Assembly (NCBI GenBank): GCA_026709025.1
Contig: JAPOTT010000011.1
Location: forward strand, 128 to 64,127
Direction of reading: 5' to 3'
DNA length: 64,000 nucleotides
Source: a bacterium
Lineage (GTDB): Bacteria > Actinomycetota > Acidimicrobiia > Acidimicrobiales > Bin134
Below the pieces are notes generated by a model that ran no database searches, was not told the DNA's origin, and saw nothing but the letters and a program-made list of their open reading frames with translations. Positions 9,752 through 19,458 of the stretch are shown here, piece after piece. Each line of letters opens with the position of its first letter. Within the stretch, counting starts at the first letter, position 1. The translations under genes were made by a program, and so were the position numbers.

Positions 9752-11236
9752 ATGGCGAAGTCTTGGCGAACCTTGTTTGTGTTATTGCTCTGTTTAGCGC
9801 TGGTTGCTGCTGGTTGCGGTAACGATGATGATAACGATGCCAGCCCCCCTGCTGGGCAAGTGCCCACTGGCGAAGCCAATCCCACAGCTGAGGCAACAGC
9901 CATGGCCACTGAGCAAGCACCTGCTACAGAACCTGAGCCCACAGAGATGGCTACCGAGAGCCCAGAGCCTGAGCCCACAGCCATGGCCGACACACCTGCT
10001 GAACCTGCTGACCCAAACATAATTGAGCTGGGTGGAGGGGCCGCTATCAACTTGGCCGACTGCCCCGCTGAGTGGGAAAACAACACGGGCCTTACCGATA
10101 GCCAAATTAGATTTGGCATTAGCTTGCCGCAATCAGGCCCTGCTGGGGGTTTTGGAACCATAGCTGAGGGCATGAGCCTCTATTTTGCAGATCAAGAGCC
10201 CATTGATGGTCGTGAGGTTGTGATTGATGCGCGAGACGATGGCTATGTGCCTGCTCGCACAAAGGTGAACGTGGAAGAGATGATTGATGCTGCCAACTTG
10301 TTGGGGTTTGTGGGCATTTTGGGAAGTCCCAACAACAAAGCGGTGCATGAAGAGCTAAACGACAACTGCATTCCGCAGTTGCTCAACCTAACCGGTTTGC
10401 CCCAATGGGGCGACCCAAACAACTTCCCGTGGACTTCTGGCGGGTTGATGTCTTATGAAACCGAAGCGTTTGTGTGGTGCCAACACATCGCAGATGAGTT
10501 TGGCGAAGGAGCTACTGCTGCTGTTTTAGCGCTGGGCAATGATGCTGGTGAAGCCTGGCTGGGGGGCTTTCAAGATTGCGCTGGTGATTACGGCATTGAG
10601 GTGGTGGATGAGCAGAGCCACGATCCGCAAGCCGACGGTGTGGGAAGCAACATAACCACTTTGGCCGCTAGCGGCGCAGACGTGTTGGTTATTGCTTCCA
10701 CTGGGGCCTTTTGTCCACAGTCGGTTGCTGCTGCTGCGGTGCTTGAATGGGATCCGCTTATTTTGGTGGCTAATGGATGTCAGAGCATCGCGTTGTTCTG
10801 GAACCCGATTGGGCCTTTGGCCAATGGAATCCGCATGATCAACACCCAAAAGGATGTGTCCGATTCTTCTCTGGCAGATGATGAGTGGGTGCAGTGGGTA
10901 CGAGGTTCGTTGGAGGGTGCCGGGGTTGATCCTGAGGCTGCCTCTCACGCCTTGGGCTACGGCTTTGCTGAGATTCTCCACGAAGTGCTGCTAGCGGCTA
11001 ATGAGATGGACGGTGGTATCAACCGTACCAACGTGATGCAAGCCATGTGGCAGGTGGATTTTGAGGCACAAGGTGCCATTGGCAACTCCCTTCGCAAGAT
11101 GGACGGTGCAACCGACTCTTATTTGGTGGAAGCTGGTCGCATGGAAGAGTTGGTGGTAGATGCTGACGGAGCGCGCTATGTACCGGTTAGTGAGCTAATC
11201 AACCTTGAGGGCGAAACCGGCACTTTCGGCGGTTAA
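9752..11236 (+). CDS. HAAT-family ABC substrate-binding lipoprotein
   Basis: SD (AAGAGGGGA) before ATG 9752; lipobox LVAAGC; acidic Pro/Thr linker; SLPQSGP, DDGYVP, GILGSPNN. Confidence 0.85.
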   Translation: MAKSWRTLFVLLLCLALVAAGCGNDDDNDASPPAGQVPTGEANPTAEATAMATEQAPATEPEPTEMATESPEPEPTAMADTPAEPADPNIIELGGGAAINLADCPAEWENNTGLTDSQIRFGISLPQSGPAGGFGTIAEGMSLYFADQEPIDGREVVIDARDDGYVPARTKVNVEEMIDAANLLGFVGILGSPNNKAVHEELNDNCIPQLLNLTGLPQWGDPNNFPWTSGGLMSYETEAFVWCQHIADEFGEGATAAVLALGNDAGEAWLGGFQDCAGDYGIEVVDEQSHDPQADGVGSNITTLAASGADVLVIASTGAFCPQSVAAAAVLEWDPLILVANGCQSIALFWNPIGPLANGIRMINTQKDVSDSSLADDEWVQWVRGSLEGAGVDPEAASHALGYGFAEILHEVLLAANEMDGGINRTNVMQAMWQVDFEAQGAIGNSLRKMDGATDSYLVEAGRMEELVVDADGARYVPVSELINLEGETGTFGG

Positions 11237-12089
11237 TGCTGAGCGTTTTGGCAGTGCAAGCTTGCTAGTTGCTTCGTCTGGGGGTGCCCGGGTAGCCCTG
11301 CATGATCTGGGTGGGCGTGGGCCTGTGGTGTTGTTTACCCATGCCAATGGCTTTTGTGGGCAGATGTGGCAACCCGTTGCCCAACAGCTAAAGGAGCTTG
11401 CAAGGTGTTGGGCTCTGGATTTTCGAGGACACGGCGACAGCATCGCCGGGCCTGAAGAAACCTACAACTGGGCTAACTTGGCCGATGATGTGCTGACCGC
11501 TGTTGGCGCGCTAGACCCACAACCGCGGTTGGCAGTAGGGCATTCGGTTGGTGCTGCATCGATTCTCGCAGCAGAGCTAGCCTGCCCCGGTACCTTTGAT
11601 CGGGCGTGGCTGTATGAACCGGTTACCGTGCCAAAAACTGCAATGCCAAAAGAGGGTGTAGAGGCGTTAGCTCAGATAGCCCGAATGCGCCAAGATCGCT
11701 TTGAGTCTCGCCAAGCAGCCTACGATCGCTACTTTAGCAGGCCACCGCTAAGCCTGCTTGATCCAGAAGTGCTAAGAGCTTACGTGGATAGCGGCTTTCG
11801 CACCCTTTCTGATGGAACGGTAACCATGAAGTGCGCCCCTGAAGTTGAAGCCGCAGTGTTTGAGAACGCCGATACCAGTTTGTTTAGCCAACTTGGCAGC
11901 ATTAGAGCCACCGTAACGGTGTGTGGGAGCCCAGACACCGATCCCCCAGCGCAGTTTGCAGCAAAGGTGGCTGAGGCTCTACCCAACGGCGGCTATGAGC
12001 ACTTTGCAGAGCTAACCCACTTCGGCCCGCTGCAAGCCCCAAAACCAATAGCAGCCTCTATCACCAAAACCCTCTTCCCCGCACCCTAA
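11205..12089 (+). CDS. Alpha/beta hydrolase (start uncertain)
   Basis: HANGF oxyanion region, DFRGHGDS, GHSVG nucleophile elbow, C-terminal HFGP. Confidence 0.88.
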   Translation: MRAKPALSAVNAERFGSASLLVASSGGARVALHDLGGRGPVVLFTHANGFCGQMWQPVAQQLKELARCWALDFRGHGDSIAGPEETYNWANLADDVLTAVGALDPQPRLAVGHSVGAASILAAELACPGTFDRAWLYEPVTVPKTAMPKEGVEALAQIARMRQDRFESRQAAYDRYFSRPPLSLLDPEVLRAYVDSGFRTLSDGTVTMKCAPEVEAAVFENADTSLFSQLGSIRATVTVCGSPDTDPPAQFAAKVAEALPNGGYEHFAELTHFGPLQAPKPIAASITKTLFPAP

Positions 12090-12125
12090 CCGTCATCACC
12101 TCTTAAATATCCCCACCCGTTGGGC

Positions 12126-12830
12126 CTAATTTGCGTTTGTTTTTAGCACTAGCCCTATTTCTGCGGTTAGCCGCAGCTCGCTGTTAGCGCCGTGCTTCAT
12201 GCTTGGTACGCCTACAGCTAGCAAGTCCACTAGTTCGCCGTGCTGTTGTAATTGATTCATAGTCCACGCTGCTACTGCTTGGCGTTCGCCTGAGCGTATG
12301 TGGTCTTTTACCCAGACAACTACTAGCCCACCGGGCACGACCACGCGAGCTATTTCGCTGTATATGCGGCTCATTGTGCTGCGGTAGTTGTCGCTCCACT
12401 GCATAGCTGCTGCGCTACCATCTGCTAGCATTCGCCCCGCAGCGTTGGCGTATGTGTGCCTGCGGGTGCCGTCTAGCAGCAGCTTGTCTGCCATACGATT
12501 GCCATAAGGTGGGCTAGTTACCACTGCGCTAAACGAATGGTTAGCGTGTGGCAGTGCCCTAGCGTCTGCCACCACTACTCGGTTGTCACCGTTAGCCCAT
12601 GTGGTGGGTGGCTCGATGTCGCTAGCGGTAATGGTGCCAGTGTGCCCATGTTGTTGCAGCTCAAATATGCCGCCAGCACCAGCCATAGGGTCTAGCACGC
12701 TAGCGGTGGTCTCAAGCACGCTAGCGGTTAGCGCCATCATACCCACGCTGTAGCGTGCCGGGTGAGGAGACAGTTTGTTGCCTAGTTCGGATTCACACCG
12801 CTCTGTGCTGCGGGTAGCAGCTTGCATCAT
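12126..12830 (-). CDS. Orphan amino-DNA methyltransferase (N4-C/N6-A type), phage-like
   Basis: HPARYS, VLDPMAGAG (motif I), VVTSPPYGNRMAD (motif IV), VKDHIRSGE. ATG 12830 is preferred because the longer ORF overlaps the upstream gene. Confidence 0.7.
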   Translation of the reverse strand: MMQAATRSTERCESELGNKLSPHPARYSVGMMALTASVLETTASVLDPMAGAGGIFELQQHGHTGTITASDIEPPTTWANGDNRVVVADARALPHANHSFSAVVTSPPYGNRMADKLLLDGTRRHTYANAAGRMLADGSAAAMQWSDNYRSTMSRIYSEIARVVVPGGLVVVWVKDHIRSGERQAVAAWTMNQLQQHGELVDLLAVGVPSMKHGANSELRLTAEIGLVLKTNAN

Positions 12831-12880
12831 CTGAATACCCGACAAAGTAGCAGAGATGGTAACGGCTTGGCGCGCGATGG

Positions 12881-14128
12881 TTAGAGGATTGCGCCGGATT
12901 CTTTCATGGCGGCTATTTCTTCCCACTCGAAACCAGCATCTAGCAGTACCATCTCGGTGTGCTCACCGTGCTCTGGTGCTCGTTCAACCGTTACCGGTTG
13001 TTCGTTGAACTGAGCCGGATTGGCCACTAGCTGCATCTCATCGCCGCTGCTGGCCATCATGGATGGCAAGTAGCCGTTGGCAATTACCTGAGGATCTTCG
13101 TAGAGCTCTTCTAGGGTTTGGTATGGGGTCCACACCCCGCCGAAGTTAGCCAAGGCTTCTCTCCAGTGAGACATGGGTTGAGACCCAAACACCTCATCCA
13201 ATATGGAAATGCACAGCTCGTTGTTTTCAGCCCGTGCTTTGATGTCTACAAAGCGGGGATCGGTAATCAAATCTGGCCTGCCGATGCATTCACAAAGTTC
13301 GCCCCAGAACCTGTCGGCTTGAAGCAGGATAATGATTAGAAACCTGCCATCGGAGGTGCGGTAAGTGTTTACCACCGGGTTAGGTGCTTTGGAGCGGTCA
13401 CCTTGAGGCATCCTGTCCATGCCGTGCAACTTGGCAGCAATTAGCAGTGGCGACATCTGCCACATAGCAGTAGACAAAAGCGAAACATCTACGATAGAAG
13501 GCATTCCAGTAACCGACCGCTGGTATAGAGCAGCTGCTATAGCGCCAGCGGTGGCCATGCCTCCCATAACATCGCCATAGGCAGGGCCAAGCTGCCCAAT
13601 GGGGTATCCATCAGGGCCTGGTCGAGCTGTGGCACCGTGCCCACCTCGGGCCCAATAAGATGTGCCGTCGTAGCCGCCTACATCGGCATCAGGGCCTTTT
13701 GATCCGTGACCTGAGCCTCGAGCAATGATGAGTTGAGGGTTGCGTTCGCGTAGGTCTTCGGTGTCTATCCGCAGCCTGCGCCGCATAGCACCCAAATAGT
13801 TAGTGAGGAACACATCTGCGGTTTCTACCAGCTTCAGCAAAGCTTCCCGGCCGTCCTCATGCCTTAGATTGATTCCAACCGAGCGCTTGCCTCTGTTGGG
13901 CTGTTCCCACATGAAGTTCGGGCCTTCGCTGCCACTAGTTCCAGGCACAATTCCCAATGTTCTCAAGCCTCGTTGCGGATCGCCGGTATCCGCAGGCTCC
14001 ACCTTGATCACATCGGCACCCCAGTCCACTAGCACCGAACCCCCAGAGGGGATAAACATCCAGCTGGACACCTCAATAACTCTTGCCCCTTCTAGGGGGC
14101 GGCTAGACAGGTTGGATACATCAGTCAT
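12881..14128 (-). CDS. CaiB/BaiF family (class III) CoA-transferase
   Basis: PLEGARVIE, GADVIKVE, NRGKRS, ADVFLTNY, GGYDG, PEHGEHT. Confidence 0.93.
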   Translation of the reverse strand: MTDVSNLSSRPLEGARVIEVSSWMFIPSGGSVLVDWGADVIKVEPADTGDPQRGLRTLGIVPGTSGSEGPNFMWEQPNRGKRSVGINLRHEDGREALLKLVETADVFLTNYLGAMRRRLRIDTEDLRERNPQLIIARGSGHGSKGPDADVGGYDGTSYWARGGHGATARPGPDGYPIGQLGPAYGDVMGGMATAGAIAAALYQRSVTGMPSIVDVSLLSTAMWQMSPLLIAAKLHGMDRMPQGDRSKAPNPVVNTYRTSDGRFLIIILLQADRFWGELCECIGRPDLITDPRFVDIKARAENNELCISILDEVFGSQPMSHWREALANFGGVWTPYQTLEELYEDPQVIANGYLPSMMASSGDEMQLVANPAQFNEQPVTVERAPEHGEHTEMVLLDAGFEWEEIAAMKESGAIL

Positions 14129-14132
14129 TGTG

Positions 14133-14330
14133 TTAATCTCCAATTAATAAGATGGCGTCTTCGGGACAGTTTGATGCGGCTTTGCGAGCTTGATCTTCCA
14201 ACCCTGCGGCAACATCCCGCTCTACTGTAGGCTGACAGTAGCCGTAATCGTCTGTGTCAAACAGGTCGGGGGCCAAGATGTAGCAGCGTCCGTGGCCCTG
14301 GCAGAGGTCGGTGTCAACACTTATTCTCAT
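14133..14330 (-). CDS. Ferredoxin (3Fe-4S, P450-partner type), 65 aa
   Basis: MRISVDTDLCQGHGRCYILAPDLF...AASNCPEDAI; CxxHxxC...CP pattern; TAAACT -10 box 8 nt before the ATG. Confidence 0.9.
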   Translation of the reverse strand: MRISVDTDLCQGHGRCYILAPDLFDTDDYGYCQPTVERDVAAGLEDQARKAASNCPEDAILLIGD

Positions 14331-14417
14331 GTTTAGGGAGTTTAGAACAACAGTGCTATTTGGCATAGTTGCCACAATGAGAATTGTGTGTCTTGTGGGT
14401 GGGAGAATGGCCGCACG

Positions 14418-14795
14418 ATGAGCTTGGATGTTACCGCAGCCCCAGAAAAAAGCACTTTGCCTGCTACAGCACAAGCTACTGAGCAGGTTACAGAACAGGC
14501 TGTTGAACTCACAGCAGAACGTCGCTTCAGCCAATCTATGGTGGTTTCGGGGGTTCGCTGTATGTTGGCCTATGGGGTGTTCCCGTTTTTGTTGCCCTTG
14601 CTGGGCTTGGCCGAATCGGTAGGCCCAGCGGTAGGTGTTGTAATTGGGGTGGTTGCCATAGCGTTCAATGGGTTTAGCATCCGCCGATTTTGGCAGGCTG
14701 ACCATCGATTCAAGTGGCCAGTAATCTGTGTGAACGTAGCCGTAATCGTGCTTTTGTGCTACCTCACGGCCGGAGATGTAGCAGAGTTAGCGTGA
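14418..14795 (+). CDS. Small membrane protein of unknown function
   Basis: SGVRCMLAY motif followed by three hydrophobic segments. Confidence 0.65.
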   Translation: MSLDVTAAPEKSTLPATAQATEQVTEQAVELTAERRFSQSMVVSGVRCMLAYGVFPFLLPLLGLAESVGPAVGVVIGVVAIAFNGFSIRRFWQADHRFKWPVICVNVAVIVLLCYLTAGDVAELA

Positions 14796-14815
14796 GTTGT
14801 GTTGCATCAACGGTT

Positions 14816-15487
14816 TTATGGGGCGCTCACTAGGATTCGTTGACTAGCAAAACTGCCTATGCCTACGTGGTTGCCTGCAATCGCCAACGTCATGGTGCCA
14901 TCTGGTGAGGTAGCGGTGATAGAGCCGGTGGCACCAGGGACAACCGAGGCGTTTTCTAAGTACTCCAGCAGGCCATCGGCAAACTCCAGTTCTTCGGTGA
15001 TGCGGGTGATCACAAAGCGCTCGCCCACCTCCACTGTAGCTAGCGATTTGGTTGGTGGTGCCTCATATTGGGAGCCTGGAATGGGGTTGCCATGAGGACA
15101 AGTTGTTGGGTTGTCCAGCATTTGGATCATGGCTCGTTCTACCTTGGGCGAGATTACATGTTCCCATTTTCCTGCTTCTGCATGGGCATCAGCCCACGAC
15201 AACCCCAAAACTTGGGTGAGGAAAACCTCTGCTAGCCGGTGCCGGCGTACCACCTTTTCGGCCAGGTTAAGCCCTTCAGAAGACAGCTCAATGCTGCGAC
15301 CCTTGAGCGTAACAAGACCTTCTGAGGCTAGCCGGTGGATCATCTCAGACACTGCAGGGCGCGACACCTCAAGGCGTTCAGCTACGCGGGCTTGAATTAC
15401 ATCCACATCGTCTTCGGCCAGCTCAAAGATGGTTTCGCAGTACTCTTCAGCCGCCGGATGCCATTCGGGGGTTTTATAGTCGGCCAT
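14816..15487 (-). CDS. DtxR/IdeR/MntR family metal-dependent repressor with a FeoA-like C-terminal domain
   Basis: EEYCETI, VSRPAVSEMI (HTH), RRHRLAEVFL, EAGKWEH, TCPHGNPIP; TAGACT -10 box 7 nt before ATG 15487. Confidence 0.92.
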   Translation of the reverse strand: MADYKTPEWHPAAEEYCETIFELAEDDVDVIQARVAERLEVSRPAVSEMIHRLASEGLVTLKGRSIELSSEGLNLAEKVVRRHRLAEVFLTQVLGLSWADAHAEAGKWEHVISPKVERAMIQMLDNPTTCPHGNPIPGSQYEAPPTKSLATVEVGERFVITRITEELEFADGLLEYLENASVVPGATGSITATSPDGTMTLAIAGNHVGIGSFASQRILVSAP

Positions 15488-15497
15488 AGCAGTTAGT

Positions 15498-16400
15498 CTA
15501 GCGAACCTCTGATAGCTCCCGCAGCCGCTCTTGCAAAGCCACAGGAGCCACCAGCTCAAAGGCGTGCGAATCTAAGCGTGCATAAGGTGCTAATGGGTGT
15601 TCGGGGCGCCACCAAAGTGCATTGGGGCTTACTGAGTTGGGCCCATCTAGGTAGAACAAGTAGCTAGCTGCAAGCATGGCAGCCGAAGCATCCACAAAGT
15701 GGTTGCTTTCTAAAACCGGACAAGCGATCACCATCTGTGCTGTGGGCACTGCCACCACAGCGCCCAACGCGCCTACATCGGGTAGCAACCGACAAAAGTC
15801 CAGCAAGTGCCCCGAGGCAAACAATGAGTCCCCGCTAAACACCAAGAACTTCTCTTGGGGTGTGTAGTCGGTAGAGATATTTAGGGGTTCTTGGGTGAGG
15901 GTGTTTTTTAGCCCCACCTGCATGGCTGTGGCTTGTGGCACGTCCCAGCTGTTCAGATATGAGCGGTCTATTGGGCAACAAGCCCCGTTTAGGTCTACCG
16001 ACAAGCTCGCAAACAACCCTAATGGGAGTGGATCGCCCACAGCATCAACATGGCTTAGGTGTTGTGGGCCAACTATGCGTACGCGCAAATCCTCGCGCAC
16101 TTGTTCGTAGTTGCTTAGCCGCTCGGCCAATATGTCGGGAGAAAAGTCTTCCAAGCGAGCCACGTGGCTGTAGATGGCCAAGCGCCATTGCTCGGGATCT
16201 AGCGCCCGACAGGTTTGAGCTAGGTTGGACAAGCCCAGCACGCAGTGGTTGTTGGAGATGCTCACCGTGCCCTCAGCCTCGTTGATTGTGTGTGCGCCGT
16301 AGCGGGCTTGCACGATTTTTGTGGTGTGCGTCAAAAAGCAAGACACCTGCTCAGGTGTCCACCATGGTGCCCAGCTATGGGAAACGGTTGATGTGGTCAA
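15498..16400 (-). CDS. Hypothetical protein, possibly DUF1444/YtpQ-like
   Basis: 300-aa clean ORF. LSVDLNG...YLNSWDV...GLKNT and GAVVAVPT recall DUF1444-type proteins (by eye only). Confidence 0.55.
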   Translation of the reverse strand: MTTSTVSHSWAPWWTPEQVSCFLTHTTKIVQARYGAHTINEAEGTVSISNNHCVLGLSNLAQTCRALDPEQWRLAIYSHVARLEDFSPDILAERLSNYEQVREDLRVRIVGPQHLSHVDAVGDPLPLGLFASLSVDLNGACCPIDRSYLNSWDVPQATAMQVGLKNTLTQEPLNISTDYTPQEKFLVFSGDSLFASGHLLDFCRLLPDVGALGAVVAVPTAQMVIACPVLESNHFVDASAAMLAASYLFYLDGPNSVSPNALWWRPEHPLAPYARLDSHAFELVAPVALQERLRELSEVR

Positions 16401-16596
16401 GGGATTCTCCCCTCATATAAGTTGGCCGTTGGAAAGCCGTAGCTAATGGAACTTACGGTTAGAAACCGATATAGAGGGAAGATTACTTATAGTTTACACA
16501 GATTGAGTTGGGAAACGCTCGCGGAAATGTTGGGGTTGTCAGTGTCTGTTGTGTCTGTTGCTGTTGAGCCTCACAAGATGCGGCTAACCTGCCAAC

Positions 16597-17271
16597 ATGT
16601 CTAACTTGGATATGTCTAATGCAGTTGTGTCTAACTCAGGTGCAGCGAGCCCAACTGTGTCTGAGCTAACCGCATCTAATCCGAAGCTCATTGCAGATCT
16701 CACAGCTGTCATCGCTGGGCGCGGGTTGTTGCGCCTGCAAGAGCCGGTACGGTTGGCTAGCGGTGCAATGTCGCAGGATTTTATTGATATAAAGCGGGCT
16801 TTGTGCGAATGGGAGGCTTTGCGGCTGGCTTGCCAAGTTATTGCCGAAGGGGTTGAGGCTGCGGGCATTAGTTTTGATGCGGCTGGGGGGATGACGATGG
16901 GGGCCGATCCTTTGGCAGTTGGAATTGCGGCTGTTTGTGGGAGCGGGTGGTTTTCGGTTCGTAAGACCCCCAAAGCGCGTGGCACTAACAAGCTCATTGA
17001 AGGCACGCCGCTAGGTGTTGGCCAACGGGTGTTGTTGCTGGAAGACACCACCACCACGGGGGGTTCGGCGCTGCGGGCGCTAGAGGTGGTGCGAAAGACT
17101 GGGGCTGAGGTGGTTGCTTTTGCCACTGTGGTTAATCGGGGTGATAGCGCTCAACGCAGTTTTTCTGAGGCGGGAGTTGCTTTTTTTGCTGCTCTCACAT
17201 ACGAACACTTAGGGATTGACCCGGTTGTGCCACCTGATGTGCCGGGGAGTGGTGCAGGGCCGCTTGCTTAG
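16597..17271 (+). CDS. pyrE: Orotate phosphoribosyltransferase
   Basis: LASGAMSQDFID, GGMTMGADP, VRKTPKARGT, LLEDTTTTGGS (PRPP loop). Confidence 0.92.
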   Translation: MSNLDMSNAVVSNSGAASPTVSELTASNPKLIADLTAVIAGRGLLRLQEPVRLASGAMSQDFIDIKRALCEWEALRLACQVIAEGVEAAGISFDAAGGMTMGADPLAVGIAAVCGSGWFSVRKTPKARGTNKLIEGTPLGVGQRVLLLEDTTTTGGSALRALEVVRKTGAEVVAFATVVNRGDSAQRSFSEAGVAFFAALTYEHLGIDPVVPPDVPGSGAGPLA

Positions 17272-18227
17272 TCGTTGGCCGTGATGCTGGCTAAGAAGGG
17301 CTCTACTGCGGCTAAGAAACCGGCTGTGTTTTGACCGTGAACGTTGTGGCTACAATCTGGCACCGTAACAAGCTGTCCACGGGGTAGTGCTTCCACAAAC
17401 CGTTGGGCGGCATCAGCTTCGAGCACCCATGAATCGGCACCTCGCACCAACAGTGCTGGTGGGGTTATGTGCTCAGCATCGCTGAGGCTGAACCTGTCGC
17501 TGTTACGGCGCTGCTCCGCTCCGTGTGCTAGACGGGGCCCGTGGTCAACCTTGGAGATGTAGATACCGTCTGTTCGTTGCAAAAGGTTGTACTTAACGGT
17601 GCGTTCAATGTGCTCGCGGCTTCGGTAGGGGTCGTAGGCTAAAACGGCGGCTACAAAATCGTCTATGTCGGAAAACTCTTGGTTTTCGATGATGAAGTTG
17701 CGGACAATGTTCACACCTACCTCTGAAATCTCAGGGCCCATATCTACCAACACGATGGCCTTGGGCAAGTTGGGCTCAACAAGCGTGACCCGAACCGTGT
17801 TAAACCCTCCCATGGAGTGTCCCATGATTATGGGCTCCATTAAGCCGAGTGCCTCGCAGAATGCCACAACGTCGGCAGCCATGGCCTGTGAGGAGTAGTC
17901 GGCATCTCTTGCCCATTCGCTATCGCCGTGACCTCTTTGGTCGAGTGCCACAATGTGGTAGCGATCTTGCAGAGCCAGGCTTACCAAATCCCAAGAGTGG
18001 GCGGATTGGTTGCCCCCGTGCAGGAGCAAGATTGTGGGTGCCGCAGCGTTACCCCACTCCAAAAAGTGAAACCGATGATGTCGGGCCACCAGATTGCGTG
18101 ACACGTAGCGAATTGGCAGGCGGTAAGCAATGTTTAGGTCTGAAGCGCTGGCGCAGAGGCTGTCAAACTCTGCTGTTTGGGTCATGTCCATCGGGTTGGT
18201 GGTAGAAGCAAACTCATTGAGGTGCAT
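17268..18227 (-). CDS. Alpha/beta hydrolase
   Basis: LLHGGNQSAHSW, LDQRGHGDS, GHSMGG, HNVHGQN. Confidence 0.9.
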   Translation of the reverse strand: MHLNEFASTTNPMDMTQTAEFDSLCASASDLNIAYRLPIRYVSRNLVARHHRFHFLEWGNAAAPTILLLHGGNQSAHSWDLVSLALQDRYHIVALDQRGHGDSEWARDADYSSQAMAADVVAFCEALGLMEPIIMGHSMGGFNTVRVTLVEPNLPKAIVLVDMGPEISEVGVNIVRNFIIENQEFSDIDDFVAAVLAYDPYRSREHIERTVKYNLLQRTDGIYISKVDHGPRLAHGAEQRRNSDRFSLSDAEHITPPALLVRGADSWVLEADAAQRFVEALPRGQLVTVPDCSHNVHGQNTAGFLAAVEPFLASITAND

Positions 18228-18232
18228 AGGCG

Positions 18233-18305
18233 AGCCCGAGAGGAGAATCGAACTCCTGACCTATTCATTACGAGTGAATCGCTCTGCCGACTGAGCTACC
18301 CGGGC
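18233..18305 (-). tRNA. tRNA-Thr(CGT), CCA not encoded
   Basis: GCCCGGG acceptor stem; anticodon arm ATTCA-CTCGTAA-TGAAT; T arm AGGAG-TTCGATT-CTCCT. Confidence 0.96.
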
Positions 18306-18354
18306 GTAGCTAGATAAGGTTAGCAGTGCTGGGCGCGATAGCTAGTTGAGGGAG

Positions 18355-19416
18355 TTAGTTGAGGGGCTGCTGGATGGCAGGTAAAGCCAGAAACAGTGCT
18401 TGGAGAAGCAAGGCTTCGTTGGGATTGCGTATCAAGCTGGCGTGTGCTTGTCTGATACGGCCTATTGCTGTTACGGCTTCTTTGGCTTCTTTAGCAGTGC
18501 GTTGATCTGCTTGCGGGTTGGCACCAATTTGGCGGCGATAGATTTCGGCTAAGGTTGCCATGCCGAATCGTAGTTCGTCGGTACGCAGCAAGCGTTGTTC
18601 GCGGCGGTGACGAGCATCCATCTCGCGGCGCTGGCGAGCTTGCTTGCCAATGTTGGCTTCAATCTCAGTGAGCTGTGCGGCTTCGGTTGTTTGACGTTCC
18701 TCTAAGGGTGCTTGGGCTTGGTCAATCAAGCCCCGCAGCTCTTCCACCAGCTTTGCCACCGTGTAGCCGCTTCCATCTAAGCGACCTAAGGCTGCGGCCC
18801 AGGCTTGGCTTCTTTGAGCCAGCCCCTTATCTGTAGCCAAGAGCCTGGCTCGGCTCAAATCTCCACTTGCCGCCGCCACGATGCTATCTAGAGCTTCAAG
18901 TGGGACACCTTCTGCTTCCAGAATGCGCCGTATTTCAGCATCGGGAACCGGATCAAACTCCACCACCACACAGCGTGAGGCAACCGTGACATGGCTAGGC
19001 GGTATCTCTTCGCTGAGGAGCAGGATTACCGCTCCAGCGGGCGGCTCTTCGATGGTTTTGAGCAGGGCTGCTACCGCTTCGGGTTCGGCGGTGTGGAACC
19101 TTTCGCAAATTACTACCTTGCGGTTGGCTTCCACCGGGCTGCGTGACACCTCAAAGATGATGTCATCAGCTTCAGCTACCCGCAGGCTGCGTCCTTCTGG
19201 GGAGTGAATGGACAAGTCGGGATGTTGTCCAGCTAAAGCTAACCTGCGGCCCCGTTCATTTGAGCCAATAATCTCTGCTGCAAAAGCTAGTGCTCCAGCC
19301 CTTTTGCCGGTGCCGCGTGGCCCATAAAATAAGTACGCATGTACCGGTTGTGTGGCGGCACCGGCTAAGACCTCGGTGGCCCGGGGTTGCGCCTCTAGCT
19401 TAAGTGGTTCAGACAT
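18355..19416 (-). CDS. holB: DNA polymerase III subunit delta-prime
   Basis: HAYLFYGPRGTGK, HPDL, LLKTIEEPP, TVASRC; lies between tmk and tRNA-Thr. Confidence 0.9.
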   Translation of the reverse strand: MSEPLKLEAQPRATEVLAGAATQPVHAYLFYGPRGTGKRAGALAFAAEIIGSNERGRRLALAGQHPDLSIHSPEGRSLRVAEADDIIFEVSRSPVEANRKVVICERFHTAEPEAVAALLKTIEEPPAGAVILLLSEEIPPSHVTVASRCVVVEFDPVPDAEIRRILEAEGVPLEALDSIVAAASGDLSRARLLATDKGLAQRSQAWAAALGRLDGSGYTVAKLVEELRGLIDQAQAPLEERQTTEAAQLTEIEANIGKQARQRREMDARHRREQRLLRTDELRFGMATLAEIYRRQIGANPQADQRTAKEAKEAVTAIGRIRQAHASLIRNPNEALLLQALFLALPAIQQPLN

Positions 19417-19458
19417 TCAGTGGTTCAGACATTCAGGCGTTCAGACATTTAGGCGTTC
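19403..19458. repeat. 16-bp tandem repeat (about 3.5 copies) spanning the tmk stop and holB start
   Basis: agtggttcagacattc x2, aggcgttcagacattt, aggcgttc; each full unit reads ATGTCTGA on the minus strand. Confidence 0.9.
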
